NCBI RefSeq assembly: GCF_036321535.1
Contig: NC_087437.1
Coordinates: forward strand, 54,562,001-54,626,000
Direction: 5' to 3'
Length of the DNA stretch: 64,000 nucleotides
From: Camelus dromedarius
Lineage: Eukaryota
Shown: piece by piece, positions 49,071 through 62,329 of the stretch
Numbering within the stretch: position 1 is the first letter of the stretch
Layout of the letters: the number at the start of each line of letters is the position of its first letter
Notes under the pieces: model-generated
Told to the model about the DNA's origin: nothing
What the model saw: only the letters and a program-made list of their open reading frames with translations
Database searches by the model: none
Program-made: the position numbers and the translations under genes

Positions 49071-51499
49071 AAGTGAGACTCCTTTCCTGACCTCTGAGAG
49101 TTCATAATCCAAGAGAGGAGAAAAGAAACAAGTGTATGAGAGTGTGGAGGGCTGTGGAGTCAGGGGGTGTTTTAACTGGCTCCTGAAGAACAGGTAAATA
49201 TAAGTCACCAGCCACACGTGGGAGAAGCACACTGCAGGCACAAGAAACACACAGAACAGGCAAGAAGCGGGACATGTGTGATGAGTAGGGCGGAGTTTAG
49301 ATGTTCTGTGATAGGATTTCCCTGACCTGCCTAGTCATCGTAATCCCTTGTTATTAATAATACAGTCCCCATAGAAATTCTCCGTAGAAATTCTGATTTG
49401 GTAAAGTTGTGCCAATACTAGTTTATGAATAGAGGTTTGAAAGGAAGCAGTAGTGGGAGATGACATGGGACAGACATACTGGGGTCATTTCTGATGGGAC
49501 ATTGAAGTTTTACGTTTCTTGCCAACAGAACCAGTATTGACTGATGGCAGCTGGACCTAGAATTAGCCTGTACTTTCTGTCCAGAGAGTGGAGGGGGATC
49601 CTTGGTAGATACTAGATATCCACCCTACTTATCTGCCCACCTTCACGTGCCCCCCCCCCATTGTAGCATATTCCAGCCTTTATGATGAAATGGCATGTAA
49701 TTTAGTCAGCTGTGTAAATGATAATGAAAATATCAAATTCTGTGTAGCTACTACATTTATTGCTCTTGAATTCTTGATTGACAAACATCTAAGAGTGCAA
49801 AAGGATTCAAACGACATAGGAGAGAACTTGCTTTCTGGCTGTAACTCAATTCAGAAGGTCATTTACTCGAATGCCCAGGTTTGTAGACTGTGACCACTGG
49901 GAGGGTCTCCTTTTAACGATGGGGGAAAATGAAGTCTAAAATATAGGCGATGACTTGCTCCAGTTCTATCACCAAATTATTGGCAGAACCAGGGGTATAA
50001 TGCAAATACCAAGTTATTCAGTTTAGTTTTCTTGTCATAGTGCCATGCCACATTTATCAATGAAGTTCCTAATTTACATGATTTCTCTTCCCCTTGAGTC
50101 TTCACAGCCTTTTGTCCATACCTCTTCTATGCTGCTTATTATCAAGTTACATCCTAATATCTTCTCTCGGGCCCATATCTCACTGTTACCCCAAATAAAA
50201 ACTGAGCTCTGTTTCCCTGGAGAGCTTAACATAGTTCCTGGCACTTTAGTGTGTATTCAGCAAGTGATTGTAGACTTGAACTATCTTGAGCATCTTTTCC
50301 TTTCTTGTGTGTTTTGACTCAAGTTTCTTTGCAGTTATACTGTCAAAAAAGTCAGGCTTTCCCAGAATTGCTGAAATACAAAGATATTTTCTCTTAAACT
50401 TCCTTAAAAATTTTTGAATTCCCCATTATGGCTGAGACCTTTCTTAACAGCTCTTTTGATAGTTAAATGTCAGCAACTTCAAAAAGGAAATGTCAGTAAA
50501 TTATCGGCAAAAGAAATTGCACATTTTTGGAGGGGTAGATATATTTTAATTGACCATTTAAAATGAAGATTATAGCAACATCCTGAGAAATTTCCTATCT
50601 TGCAAATTTCTCTCAACTGCCAGTTTTGGTTTGTATCTCTTAGGAGACTTAATTTTTATTTCTTCTGCGTTATGGTTATATGTGTACATTTGTTTCTCCC
50701 AGTAGATGGTGAGCATCTTGAATCAAAGCTTTAAAAAAATTAATCTCTGCAGCTGCACAAAGCCCAGCTCTGTAGGTGTTTGTGCTAAGTATACGTTTAC
50801 TTAAAGAAACTTGGATAGAACAATCTTACCTTTACCTCTTCACTTAACTCACTCTTATTTTACATCTGACCTTGTATCTGGCTGTGTACTTAATCTTGGT
50901 GGTAGGGCTGGATTCAGGAAGGCGTATAAAAGTGAATAAAAGGTAGATTTTTTCTCTCAGGGAGTTCCAGTTTGGTGGGAGGTTGAGACATACCACATAA
51001 ATATAATGTGATGTAGAAATCTTAGCGGCGAGTAGCCTGTGCTGGAATCTGGAGGAAGGCTAAATCTGACAAGGTGAAGCAAAGGAGGCTTCAGCAAAGA
51101 GACAGGGTTTGAGATAAGCCTGAATGTGTGTTGCTTTTCCATTTTAGTTACCAGTTTTGAGCTTTGTGAACACAACACAGGTCCACACACTTCTGCACAA
51201 TGTGATGTTTTTCCTTTTTGCCATCTGTTTGGCTGTAGATTTAAGAATAGAACTATGTTTACTTGGGACAAAAGGAATGAGGGAGCAGGTTTCATTGTGT
51301 CACCTGCAGGTTTCTCAAAATCTGGAAGACACAGATGGCCTCTGTCATTAGTGGCACTGACAGCAAGCACACTGACCAGAGAGAGGGTATCCTGTTCTAA
51401 ATGAATGGCATCCTTTCCAAGCATTTCCCATCTAGTCGTCGCTCTCAACAGTTAAATTACACTAAATCGTTCCCTGGGAGGTTGGAGGGAGCATCGTCT

Positions 51500-51680
51500 G
51501 GTGGAAGAAGTTTCGACCTTGATGTCAGACGGTTCTAGTTCCATACCTAGCGTTGCCATTGATTATTGATGCGATCCAAGGCTGTTGCTTAACCTTTCCA
51601 AGGTTCAGATTCCTCATCTTGAAAATGGTCGTAATGGAAAGTACAGAGTTGTGGGATTAAAGGAGCTAATGTTTGCCAAG
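51500..51680. mobile_element. MIR SINE
   Basis: 'ttgatgtcagac...ttgcttaacctttccaaggttcagattcctcatcttgaaaatgg...gttgtgggattaaagga'. Confidence 0.65.
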
Positions 51681-51944
51681 CTCCCATTTCTGTGCCCAGG
51701 ATATGAGAGGTCATCGCCTACAGAGCCCGGGGAGTGATGTAAAAGAGGGAACAGATGACGTGTCAGTTTCATGCTTTTGGCACAGACACGATGCACTGGC
51801 GCAGTTAATAGGCAGAGATCCTTGACTTCCACAAAGAAATGCTTCTAGTCCCTTTTCTTGAAACACAAAGCCCTTCTATTTGGCTTTCCTTTTCCCACTG
51901 TAGAGTCTTAGCTACAGGACATCTTTTGTTTTCCTTCTTATTGT

Positions 51945-52352
51945 AGGGGAAGATAACAGTGCAAGTGTGCTGATGCAGTATGGCTGGTCCTTGGCCACAG
52001 TCTAAGTGTGTGTTTTGGGGACAGAGTTGCAGGGTGTGGTGGGGAACGTGGAGAGCTTGAGAGGGCTGTGTCTGAGAGGGATGGCCGTTGCCTGGCCCTA
52101 ATCAGTTACTGCATATGCATTGTCAGATTTTTTATGTGAAGTGTTTAGGTTTTCAAATGTTGGCAACTCATATAAATGTTTTAAAAAACATCGCAAGAGA
52201 TACCTCCTTGTGGAACGAGAAAAATGCAACTTACGATCTCACTCAGTACCATCAACAACAAAGCGCTTTAAAAGTCAACACTGTGCTTGGCAGACAAAAC
52301 CCATCAATAGACCAGATGTGGCCTGCAGCTCCCCGGGTTGCATCTTCTCTGC
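51945..52352 (-). mobile_element. MER102/Charlie4-like hAT element
   Basis: 'aacagtgcaagtgtgctgat...gtggtggggaacgtgg...gattttttatgtgaa...aaatgttggcaact...aacactgtgc...acaaaac...gatgtggcctgcag' is collinear with recalled MER102. Confidence 0.65.
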
Positions 52353-52379
52353 ATAGTTTTGACTGACAAAGGTAGCAGT

Positions 52380-52612
52380 AAATGACGGCCAACACTTCCT
52401 GGGTCCTTTCCATGTCCTAGGCACTCTTGTCTGGGCTTTGAATATACCATTTAATTCTTACAATAACCCAAAGAGGTGCTGTTACTACTGTTATCCCCAT
52501 CTATAGATAGGGACACTGAGGCTCAGAGAGATTAGGTATCTTTCTTGAGATCACACATTTCACATGCAACAGGTGAGTTTCAATCCCAGGGCCGTTCATC
52601 TTCTAAACCAAG
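52380..52612. mobile_element. MIR SINE
   Basis: 'atttaattcttacaataaccc...atccccatctatagatagggacactgaggctcagagagatta'. Confidence 0.8.
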
Positions 52613-52617
52613 CACCC

Positions 52618-52756
52618 CAGTTGTTCTCAGCCCTGAGTGTGTATTAGAATTCCTGGAATACTCTGAAAATACTGCTGCCCAAGCCACCTCCAAGCTACTC
52701 GAATCAGAGTATCTGGGGTTTGGTCCCAGGCATGGGTATTTTTTAAAAAGTTCCAA
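52618..52756. mobile_element. MER5-family MITE
   Basis: 'cagttgttctcagccctgagtgtgtattagaat...aaaatactgctgccc...gaatcagagtatctgggg...ccaggcatgggtattttttaaaaagttcc'. Confidence 0.7.
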
Positions 52757-52799
52757 ATCAATGAGTAGAGGCAGAAGCAATTGACACAACAACCCCTGT

Positions 52800-53056
52800 C
52801 TCCATATCAAGCACTCCCTATATCCTGTACCCTATTTTATTTTTCTTTAAAGCATTTATTACTCTCTGAAAGTTATCTGTTCATTTCCTTGTTTTTGACT
52901 TTTCTGCCATCACCACTGGGATGTAAGCTCCATGACCACAGGAATTTGGTTGGGTTTTTGGTTTTGTTTGGTTTTGTTTTATTTTGCTGTATCCCCACCA
53001 TCTAGATTAGTGGCTGACACACAGTAGGTACTTAGTAACATTAATTGATGTGAATA
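52800..53056 (+). mobile_element. L2 3' end
   Basis: 'ccactgggatgtaagctccatgaccacagg...ctgtatcccc...gtggctgacacacagtaggtactt'. Confidence 0.75.
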
Positions 53057-55644
53057 ATGGGTCCTTCACTGCAGGGCACTTACATTCTAGTGAAGAAGAC
53101 AGATAATACACACTTGGTTCTCTGAGATTAGCGGATGACAGTGATGGCCCAAGCCGACTTCACTGAAACTTGGCATATTGCTGTTTTTCTCTTAGATGTT
53201 GTTAGGATAAATTACCTTGATATGTCCTGAGTGGACTGTGGGGCATTTTTGCTCATCTCCTGTGCTGGGCTGGATCCATTCTCTGCTCTGGGGTGTGTGT
53301 ATGTGTGTGAACTGAGTCATAGGTAACACACTCATCTTACCCTGTTTGGGCACAGTGTTTTAATAGGACAGCCAGGGATTACAAACAGGGCATTCTGAGT
53401 TTTGGTACCCAGAACAGATTCAGGATTGATGGTTGAGGTTTGCCCAGTTAAAGGGAATGCAGATGTTCTCGTCTCTTTCTAGGAATGCCAGCTTCTATAG
53501 GTCACTCTGCCCCCGCCTTCCAGCAGTAGTTCTGAGCTTTTATTCCTCACAGATTCTATGATAAACGATATTCATGTAACGGAACACCCTGGGCTGTGAG
53601 CAAGGGAAGGCAGGCTGGGGTTACAGGTAATAACTGGGGGCCTAGCAGTAACTGCCTCTCGCTCTTGCACTTAAGAGAGTCAGAGGGCGCGTGCATGACA
53701 GCATCCTCGGAATTACCTTGAAAGAGCACTAGTTTCTGAATAAACACAGTTCATTGGAACTTTAGGACCTTAACAGTGACTAGTAACAAATTGCTTGTGA
53801 CACATCTGACAACAGATGGACCCTGGTGATAGTGAAAATACTTAACCACGGGTACGGCCCAGGCACTGAGTGATCAAAACCGACCCTGCCGGAAAGAGTT
53901 GTGCCATCAAGTACGGCCTTGCTGGTGGAGTCATTGCGCGTCATGACGAGACAGCTAAGAGCCAGTGATGTGCGAGGATGGGGGGAGCCTCCGGGTTGCT
54001 TTCCTCGGGTTGGGCAGAGAGTGGAAGAGCCCTTGTTTCACGGAAATAAAACCTGGGTTGAGGACCTGTTCTTGCCAGTTATTGCTGGGGGCTTCTGGGC
54101 AATTTACTTGGCCCTTCTGAGCCTAAGTTTCTTCTAATACAAAAAGAGGGAGAGTAATTTTGGCATCCTGTATTTCTCAGATGTGACAGAGCGGTTAAGC
54201 CCCTGTGAAAGGGCTTCTCAAGATGAGGCACTGTGACCAAAGTAAGGATGACCACGACGGGACCGTGACAGCGGTGGTTTTTCTCCTGTTGTAGACTGAC
54301 AACCCGTTTCCCTGTCCAAATTTAGCCCAAAATGAAGATAGAGAGGACTTTAGGGGAAAGGGGAGAAAAGCACAGGGAGGACTGGATTTTCTTGTGTGCG
54401 TCTCTGGAACAGTGATGTCCTGTGGAGTCCCAAAGATAACATTCGGGCAGTCTCTTTCAGAGTTAAGATGGTTTAATGCAATAAACTGGGTCTAAATAGG
54501 CTCACACCTCTATGATATTCATGAAAAGTGCCATGTCTGAGGTGGCCTGCTTGTTTTGAAAATGGGCTGATTTTGACAAAGGGGAAAAATTGGGATTCGT
54601 TTACTGTAAATTGCAAGTAAGAAACAACAGAAAGTTGAATATTAGAAGAACTTGGCTATCGCAAAAACCACACACTTTCACATCAGTAAAACATGGAGTT
54701 CTGATCTGAGTGAAATGTGAAACTCCTTGCAGACCACAGAGAGTAAAAAGGACTACTTTTGTTTCATTATTAATACCATTGTCCTTATTTCTCTAAATGA
54801 GAATTGATAGCAACCGTAATAGAATCTTTCTCAAAGACCCAACACAGAAAGAAAAATAAAACAAGATAAACAAACACAAAAACCTCACCACCACCATCAC
54901 CAGTAAGACAACCCAATGCGCCAGGGGTGCGCGGTCTCAGACTAGCCATTGTTAAGTCATCCGGCTCTAGAGAAAGGGCCCACGTGTCTTTCTGTCACCA
55001 CGGAGTCTTCATTAAATTTTTTCTTTTTTTCCCTCCCTCATCTGGAAGACTGGCAAAGTTGGCCTTTTATGCCACTGCAAGAAGGGTGATTTTGTCCTCT
55101 TGTGTTCATGGGCATCTGAAGCAGACGACTGTGTGTCCTGGGACTGTCCACATTCACCAGGAAGGAGAGGCCAGGGGTGCCGTGCTGAGGGGTGGGCTCT
55201 GAGTGCTGTAGAGGAAAGATGGAGCTTGCTGGAGGTAAAACAAGGTACCCTTTAAAAGTAAGAGGCCAGTGGAGTCGAAGGAAAGAGGCCTGCTCTTTGC
55301 TGACACATGACATGTGGTGAAAAGTCTGGAATGGAGTTTTCATCCCTTGGGCCTGTCACTTAACTACAACTGGCCTCCACTCATGTCTCAGCGAAATGTG
55401 TGAGTTGAGATAAATGGTTTCCAGTCATTCTCCTGACTGGTATTTAAAATTGGTGGTTATTTATTCAGCTCTTGCTTCATGGGGACTTGGGATGTTGTGG
55501 TGATGGGAAGGGAAGCCGAGGCCAGGGGGTGGGGGTGGGTGTTGGGTTGAGTGTACGTGGTTGAGCAAAACAGCGCTTGAATTATTCTGGTTATTATTAT
55601 TGTTGTTGTTGTTATTCATTTAGGAACAGTCCTTATAGTACTGG

Positions 55645-55860
55645 GAGCTAACTGTTTTTGAACATGTATTCCTTGCCAGACCTTAAGCTAGGTGCTTTAT
55701 ATATGTTATCTTATTTAATTTTCACCATAGCTCTGCTGAGGTGTGAATTTTAGCTTTCTGTTTCACAGCTGTAGACGCTGAAGTATTGCAAGAATAAAAA
55801 CTTCCCCAAAGTCAAAGCTATTAAGTAGCTGCATTAGGCTTCAAACCGTGACACCTTTGT
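55645..55860. mobile_element. MIR SINE
   Basis: 'gctaggtgctttatatatgttatcttatttaatt...tttcacagctgtagacgctgaag...aacttccccaaagtca'. Confidence 0.65.
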
Positions 55861-55989
55861 CATTCTCGTTCCCATGTGCCATATTTGGTTGCAGAGTTGG
55901 AAGTTTCCAGACCATCTAGCAGGCTTCCTTCCCCTGCATTTGAAGTTCTCATTGATGCATTGTTGGTCAGACTTTCTTTAAAGGAAACT

Positions 55990-58860
55990 AAAATTAATTT
56001 AAGTCAGCAACACAAAAAATATAGTGCAAAATTAAAAAGTTTCAGAAAGACATATAATGAAAAATAAATCTTTCGTTTCTCAATGTCTCATCTCCCTAAT
56101 CCCCACAACCCTACCTCCCAAGAGGCAAACACTGTTACCATTTCCTTTTGTCCCCTTCTAAAAATAAACTGGGTATAAACAAGCATTATATGTATTTATA
56201 TTCCTTTATATTTCCAGTGTATACAGAATATTTACACAAAGGGGAGCATTCGACACATTATTTGGCATCTTGCTTTTTTCATACAATTATGTGTCTGGAT
56301 GATCATTTCTGTATCAGTATCTTGTATCTGGTTTCTTGTAGTTTTCATTTGTGTTTCTGTTGTTCGGTGACTTTGGACATAATTTTAAACAGGCTCTCCC
56401 CATTTATGTTTTCTTTTTTGTGGATTGCCCTTTGCCTCCCTTTCTATTGGATTGTTGGCTTTTTGCTTATTGATTCATTATAGTTAAAAAAAATGAACCC
56501 CGAGGCTGTGATAGGTGGAGCAATACACCATCATTTTGCGTTTGTCTTTTAACCTGCAGAACAAAATTTAAAAAGTATATAGTCAATTCAGTCTTTTGGT
56601 TTTATAGTTTTTGGGTTTTATATAACACTTAGAAATACCTTCTCCCCTTTTTGATTAATTTAAAAAAATCTAATTCTCCTTCTAGTTATTTCTTCTGACC
56701 TCTCTGTCTCTTTCCATCTCCCCCTCCATCTCTCTCTCTTTCTCTCTCAGTTTCTGTCTCTCATCACTGATTTCATTGAAATTCTATTTTGGTGAAAGGT
56801 GTGAGGTAGGGATCCATTTGGATATTTTTTTAGATCCACCTGTACAAAAGCTATTTATTAAGTAGTCCATCTTTTCCACACTGATTTGAAAATCCACCTT
56901 TATTATATGTTAAATTCTTTAATGCTTAAGTACTTAAATATTTAATACTTAGGAATTTGCCTCATTCTGGGGACCTTCTGTGCCATTCACCTGTCACTTC
57001 ATGCATCATTATCCTGCTTTCAATTATTGTAGCTGTATAATATGTTTTATTGCCTGATGGTGCTACTTTACTCCCATTAATTTCTTTTCCCCCAAGTTTT
57101 TGTCTTTTAGCACTTGTTTATTTTTCCATGAACTTTAGAATGAACTTGTCCAGTTCTAAAAATAATGTCCTGTTGACATTTTTATGGAGACTGCTCTAAA
57201 TTTATTCACTAACATCATACATTATGCATTGTAAGGATGTTATTTCTTTTTCTTAGAACACTATGCCTTCCCATTTGTTGAAGTCATCTTTTAGGTCCCC
57301 AAGAGCACTTAAATTTTTCATGTAGACTATGAATGTTTCTTATAGGTTTATTTTCCTAGATATTTTCTGCTTGCTGTAGTTAATGAAATTATTTCATATT
57401 ATACCATCTAGCTAATTGTGATTGTGTGTGTGTGTGTGGCCTCTTGGTTTCAGTTTATTTTCTACCTAGCCTCTTTATTAAATTCTTTCATTGCTTGAAT
57501 AATTAAAATTTTTCAAAGTTTTTACTTAAGTAATCATATTTGCTAATAACTATAATTTACCTTTTTCTAACTTTTATAACTCTTACAGCTTTCTTCTAAT
57601 TGTATTATCTACTACCTGCATAAGAGTGGATATTAAATAACAATGTTAAAATGAATGACCTCTTTTTCCTGACTTTAATAGGAATGCTTATAATTTTCCC
57701 TATCAATAGTGATGTTGGATTTTGTTTTGAGAAATATATTGTGTTAAAAACTGTCCATCCTTATTCAGAGAGTGTTTTATTATTTTTATTTTTTTTAAGC
57801 AGAGACTGGTTGTTAAATGTTTATCTAATATCTCTTTGGAAACTATGGAAACAATCATACATTGTCTCCTTTTCTCTTTTCTATGAAAATATCTTAGATT
57901 TTTCTCTTCTGTCCTATAGATTTGGTGTAATATATAAACATTTTTCAAAGAGGAAATCATGCTAGTGTTCCTGGAACAATATCCATGTGGTCATAGTTTG
58001 TGCATTATTTTCTTTTATTTTTTAGTGTTGGTGGAATCTGGTGATCAGTAATTAACAATTCTTGCATTGATTTTCATAAGTGAGATTATTTGAAAATTCT
58101 GTTTGTGTTTATGTGTATGTATTAGCATTGTCAGATTCTAGTGTCAGTGTTATGCTTAAATCATCATTAAAATAATTTAGAAGGTTTTCTTTTTCTTTCT
58201 TTTTGAAATAGTTTAAATAACATTTATATGACTTACTCCTTAAAAATGTAGTAGAATTCCTTGCTGAAACGGCCTTGACCTGGTGCCTTTTTTGGAGGAG
58301 TGGATGTGTGTACTATTTAACAACTTTTCATTTGTTATATAGTAATTGGACCAATTTTCTTTTATATCTTTTATGTAGTTACTTTTGTTAATTGTATTTT
58401 AAGAAAGTCACCTCTTTCAAATTGATTTGCATGGAGTTAAGTAATTTCTTATAATTATTTTCATTTCCCCTGTGTTTATGGTGATTTCCACATTATTTAA
58501 AGTTGTGTGGTTTTGTGCGCCCTCGTCCCCACCACCCTTCTTCCGATTAGTTTACCAAAAGTTTATTATTTATTTAAAAAAAACCCAATTCTTTCTTTTC
58601 TCTATTCGTTTCGCTTTTCTTCATCTTCTCTTTCAAGTCATCAATAATACATTTCTTATGCTTTGTCTAGGTTTGTTTTGCTGTTTTCCTAATAGTTTGA
58701 GCTTGACTTTTAATTCATATATTTTTATTTCTGTTTTTTAATTAATATAAATAAGGTACACATTTTACTTTAAGGCTTGCTCTAGCTGTCTGCCACAGAT
58801 TTTGTTAAGCTGTGTTTTGGATTTAGTTCTTTGGCTACGCACAGTTTTTTTAAATGCCAG
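55990..58860 (-). mobile_element. Long decayed L1ME-type element (about 2.8 kb, fragmented)
   Basis: Extended T-rich antisense L1: 3' end 'cccaagaggcaaacactgttaccatttc', then ORF2-derived blocks 'ggtgtgaggtagggatcca', 'ttttccatgaactttagaat...ttgtccagttc', 'tagaattccttgctgaaac...cctggtgccttttt'. Confidence 0.8.
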
Positions 58861-58867
58861 ATCCAGT

Positions 58868-58982
58868 TATAATGTAAGCCTCGTGAGGACAGGAACCTTG
58901 TCTGTTGACTTGCTTTGAGCCTCTCATAGTGCATGTCACCTAGCAAATGCTTCAGAAATATTTTTGTACAAATGAATAAATC
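58868..58982 (+). mobile_element. L2 3' end
   Basis: 'aatgtaagcctcgtgaggacaggaaccttgtctgtt...aaatatttttgtacaaatgaataaat'. Confidence 0.7.
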
Positions 58983-59749
58983 CCTGTGAAATAATTGTGG
59001 GATTTGTGGCCAGTTCCCTCCTGTCGCTCCTGCTCATCCCTGCCATCTTTGGACAGTCTCTCTCGGAATCTACTAATGTGGAGGCATAAGAAAATATTAG
59101 AAATGCTTCATTTCAGAGTTACATTTTCAGAGTATGTTATTCACAGAGTTATTTTTAAAGTCAACCAATACAGTTTCCCCCAAATCAAATAAACCCGAGT
59201 TTATTTCACAAAGATTTTTGTAAAGACCAGCCCAGAGAAAATACAGTTGAGTAGAATCAGAATGTTAGAGCTGATGAGTTAGCAGAGGTCATGTCCATGA
59301 TTTTTGTGGACTTGGGCCTTTTGTTCAAGCTAAATCTTGGAGACAGGCTCAAATCCAGGATGTGAAATGATAAAAACAGACCTGCTGTAGCAGTGGGGAG
59401 GGCATAGAGCCAGGGGAAGCCCAAAACCCTACTGCTGGCTGCCTTCCCTCCTGACCTCCTCCCATGTCTCATTCAAAAACCAATAGTTTAAGTTCAAAAA
59501 CTCTCAATTTTCAGATGAGAATGAAAACAAAAATGCAAAGAAGGCAAATGATTCATTCAAAGTTACTCAGTGAATTAGAGGCATAACGTGGGACTACAAC
59601 TCCAGCCTTCTGTCTCTGCATTTAGTGGTATTTCCAGGCTGCCTGGAAGCCTCCTGTACCTTGCTCCTGTGTGTGCATTATGATGGACCTGATATTTGAT
59701 GACACCCCCCCCCCCCCAAGTTTGGCAGGCCCAACAATCCTTGCTAAGT

Positions 59750-60002
59750 CATAGACCGCTTATTTGCTGATCCTGGAGGGGAAAGCTGTGATTCAGACTC
59801 TGAGGTCTAAGAATTGCAGACTTAGTTTCTAGTCTCCTGATGAAACTGCTAATCTGGGTGCCAGTGGTGTTTCTGCCGCACGGACACCTGCCCACACAGC
59901 ATGATTAGAAATTATAATGACGACGACGATGAGTCTTCCAGGACACCCACGTTCTTTGCAAGATATTTCTGCTAATCGTCGCTACCAGAATCAGTTGGAG
60001 AA
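59750..60002. promoter_or_regulatory. Candidate enhancer with repeated TAATC cores
   Basis: CTGCTAATC at 59846-59854 and 59969-59977, GATTAG 59903-59908, TATTTGCTGA 59761-59770, CACCTG 59885-59890. Repeat-free. Confidence 0.35.
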
Positions 60003-60078
60003 CTTTTTTTTCTTTTCTCTTTTCTCTCTTTCTCTCTCTCTCTTTTTTTGTTTTTTTTTGAAATTTTTTCCCCCTTTC
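60003..60078. repeat. Polypyrimidine / T-rich tract
   Basis: Directly visible. Confidence 0.9.
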
Positions 60079-61404
60079 TAAGTCAACAAAAAATTCTGGT
60101 CCAATTCTGATGTAGGTTAAAGATTTGACCTTGACATTCCTGGTGTGTCATCTGCTGTGCAGGGGACCCTAGAACCTTGGATGTGGGGGTAATGGAAAGC
60201 ACCCTGGGCCACATATGAGAAGATTTGGATTCCAGTTTCAGCAGTGCCAGGAATTTCTTTTGAGCCCTTGGTAGAGGTTACTTCCCATCTCTGCAACTTT
60301 GCTTCCCCTTTGTTGAATTTCCCTCTATTAAATTCTCTTGTGCCTGTTTACTAGGATAGTGGGAGTCAGATGACGTTGCTACGTAAGGAAATGCTTTATT
60401 AGCGCTGCACTGTCAATCAAGAGGGTTGTTACTGAAGTTATTATCGCATAGTTGATCATTCAGTCTGTTAAGTTTATGTGTAGTATAGTACAGTCAAATG
60501 ATACAGGTGTGAAAGCTGGGGAGGCATATTGTTGTATGAATCCAACACTGGTGAAGATTAGGTCAGATAAAGGACCTGAATAATGCCTGGAATGTTGTAG
60601 TATACGGGCTCTGCCTTGAACCAGGAAAAATTACTGGCATGAAGGAGAGGTGCACAGGGGAAAAGAGAGGATTTCAGGAACTAGAAGTCTCAATGGAGAA
60701 GTAAAAATAAAACTTAGATATGAAATTATAGGAGGCTAGAGTTAGGGTGTGTGATGGCAGAGGAATGATCTAGAGGCGACAAAAGGCCACTAGAAAAAAT
60801 GCCTGCAGTGGCTTTGGACCCTGTGTGTCTGGAGTGTGGAGGGACTGGCAGACACACATAGAGAGGCTGCAGGGAAGACAGCATCCTCAGAGAAGACCGT
60901 CTCCAAGAAAGCCCTCCTCGTGCCCCCCACGGAGCGTAGAAGCGATTCCAGGACACGGGGTCTGGTGATGGCCTTGTCGTCTCTGCTTGTCTCTGTACCC
61001 TCCTGCTAGCGCGGCACTTTTGTTCACAATACTTGCTTTTGAAAAAGAAACTGTTTTGGGCCTTGCATTTTAATTCAAGGTGTGAATATCTGAGGGAATG
61101 CTTAGGAGGGGTTCTGACAGGAAAGAGCTGATTTGGGTAATTCTGTTTCTCTTTTGGCGTCACTGTTTCCACACCCAGAAAGTGTTGGCTCCATGACTTG
61201 CTTTCTATAACATTCACTACCTTTTTTGAAGGGAAAACACTTTTCTAAAACAAGGGCTAAAAAAATTTCTCAGTGAATATGTTGATATTTTTGTGATAAT
61301 GCTGAAGCTTTGGGAAGGAGTCAAATGTTTCTGAAAGTCCTTTTCCTTTACTAGGGGACTTCAGCTTATATACTGGGCTCAGATAATCTTAGCTTTTATT
61401 CTTG

Positions 61405-61612
61405 TTATCTGTCTGTCTATCTATCTATCTATCTATATCTATCTATCTATCTATCTATCTACCTATATTCCTATCAAATAATTTTAGCTTTTATTATTGT
61501 TTATCTGTCCATCCATCCATCCATCCACTCACCCATCTATGCATCCATTTATCCATCCAACCAGCCACCCACACACCCACCTACCTACCTACCTACGTAC
61601 TTACTTACCTAT
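61405..61612. repeat. Tetranucleotide repeat mosaic (TCTA)n, (TCCA)n, (CCTA)n
   Basis: Directly visible. Explains ORF 61402-61689. Confidence 0.9.
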
Positions 61613-62329
61613 CTCGGAAGATGGTAGAATTTAGTTTCTCTTATTCTTTTGATTTTTGTTGGTTTGATGAATCAAGTCAACTGAGCTGAAAACAAAACTG
61701 ACTTTTGAAAGAAAAATTAAAAAAAAAAAAGTATCCTGTTTCCTTGAAAAAGATTTTTCCCAGGCTAGGTTACATATTTTCACAGACACTTGGGATGGGG
61801 ACAAAAAAGTCTGGACACACGGAATATCTGAAAACCCTGTGACTGTGTTGGCTAAGCTTTTTTTCTTCTTAGCACAGATAGAGACAGATTCTTTTGCAGT
61901 AAAAACAGAGCCAATACAATCTTTGAAACTTTCAAACGTGATTTAGGAAGATGATTCTCTGTATAATGCCGGTCCAAATATAAAACAAAAAAATTTCAAC
62001 AATTAGCAAAACTGTGAATTTTTCAATTTCTAGTTTTTTTCTTTTTTTGGCAAAGTTGGCCTTTCACATTCTATTCCTTTATTTATTTATTTATTTATAA
62101 TTTTAAAGAAGTCTTTTTAATTCAGCTGATTTCTAGCTTCCAGTGAACCTTTTAACTAATAAAATGCATTGAAAAAGTTTTTTAATTTATTATAAGAACA
62201 CCAAAATGCAAAAGGTCACTTTATGTAATGTCTTTTCTTGTAGTTCAGTGTTGTCAGCTCTTTTCCTGATCGAGGTTTGGTTGGGCTGGAAGCAGCCTGA
62301 GGGTGTTCATCCCCAGTAATGTTTACTTG

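Noticed and set aside
59901..59975. 24-codon ORF MIRNYNDDDDESSRTPTFFARYFC
   Set aside because: It is too short to distinguish from chance, the acidic run comes from a (GAC)n repeat, and there is no transcript context.
61500..61565. YCAY clusters (also about 47085-47180) as NOVA sites
   Set aside because: They are ordinary (TCCA)n microsatellite sequence with no adjacent exon.
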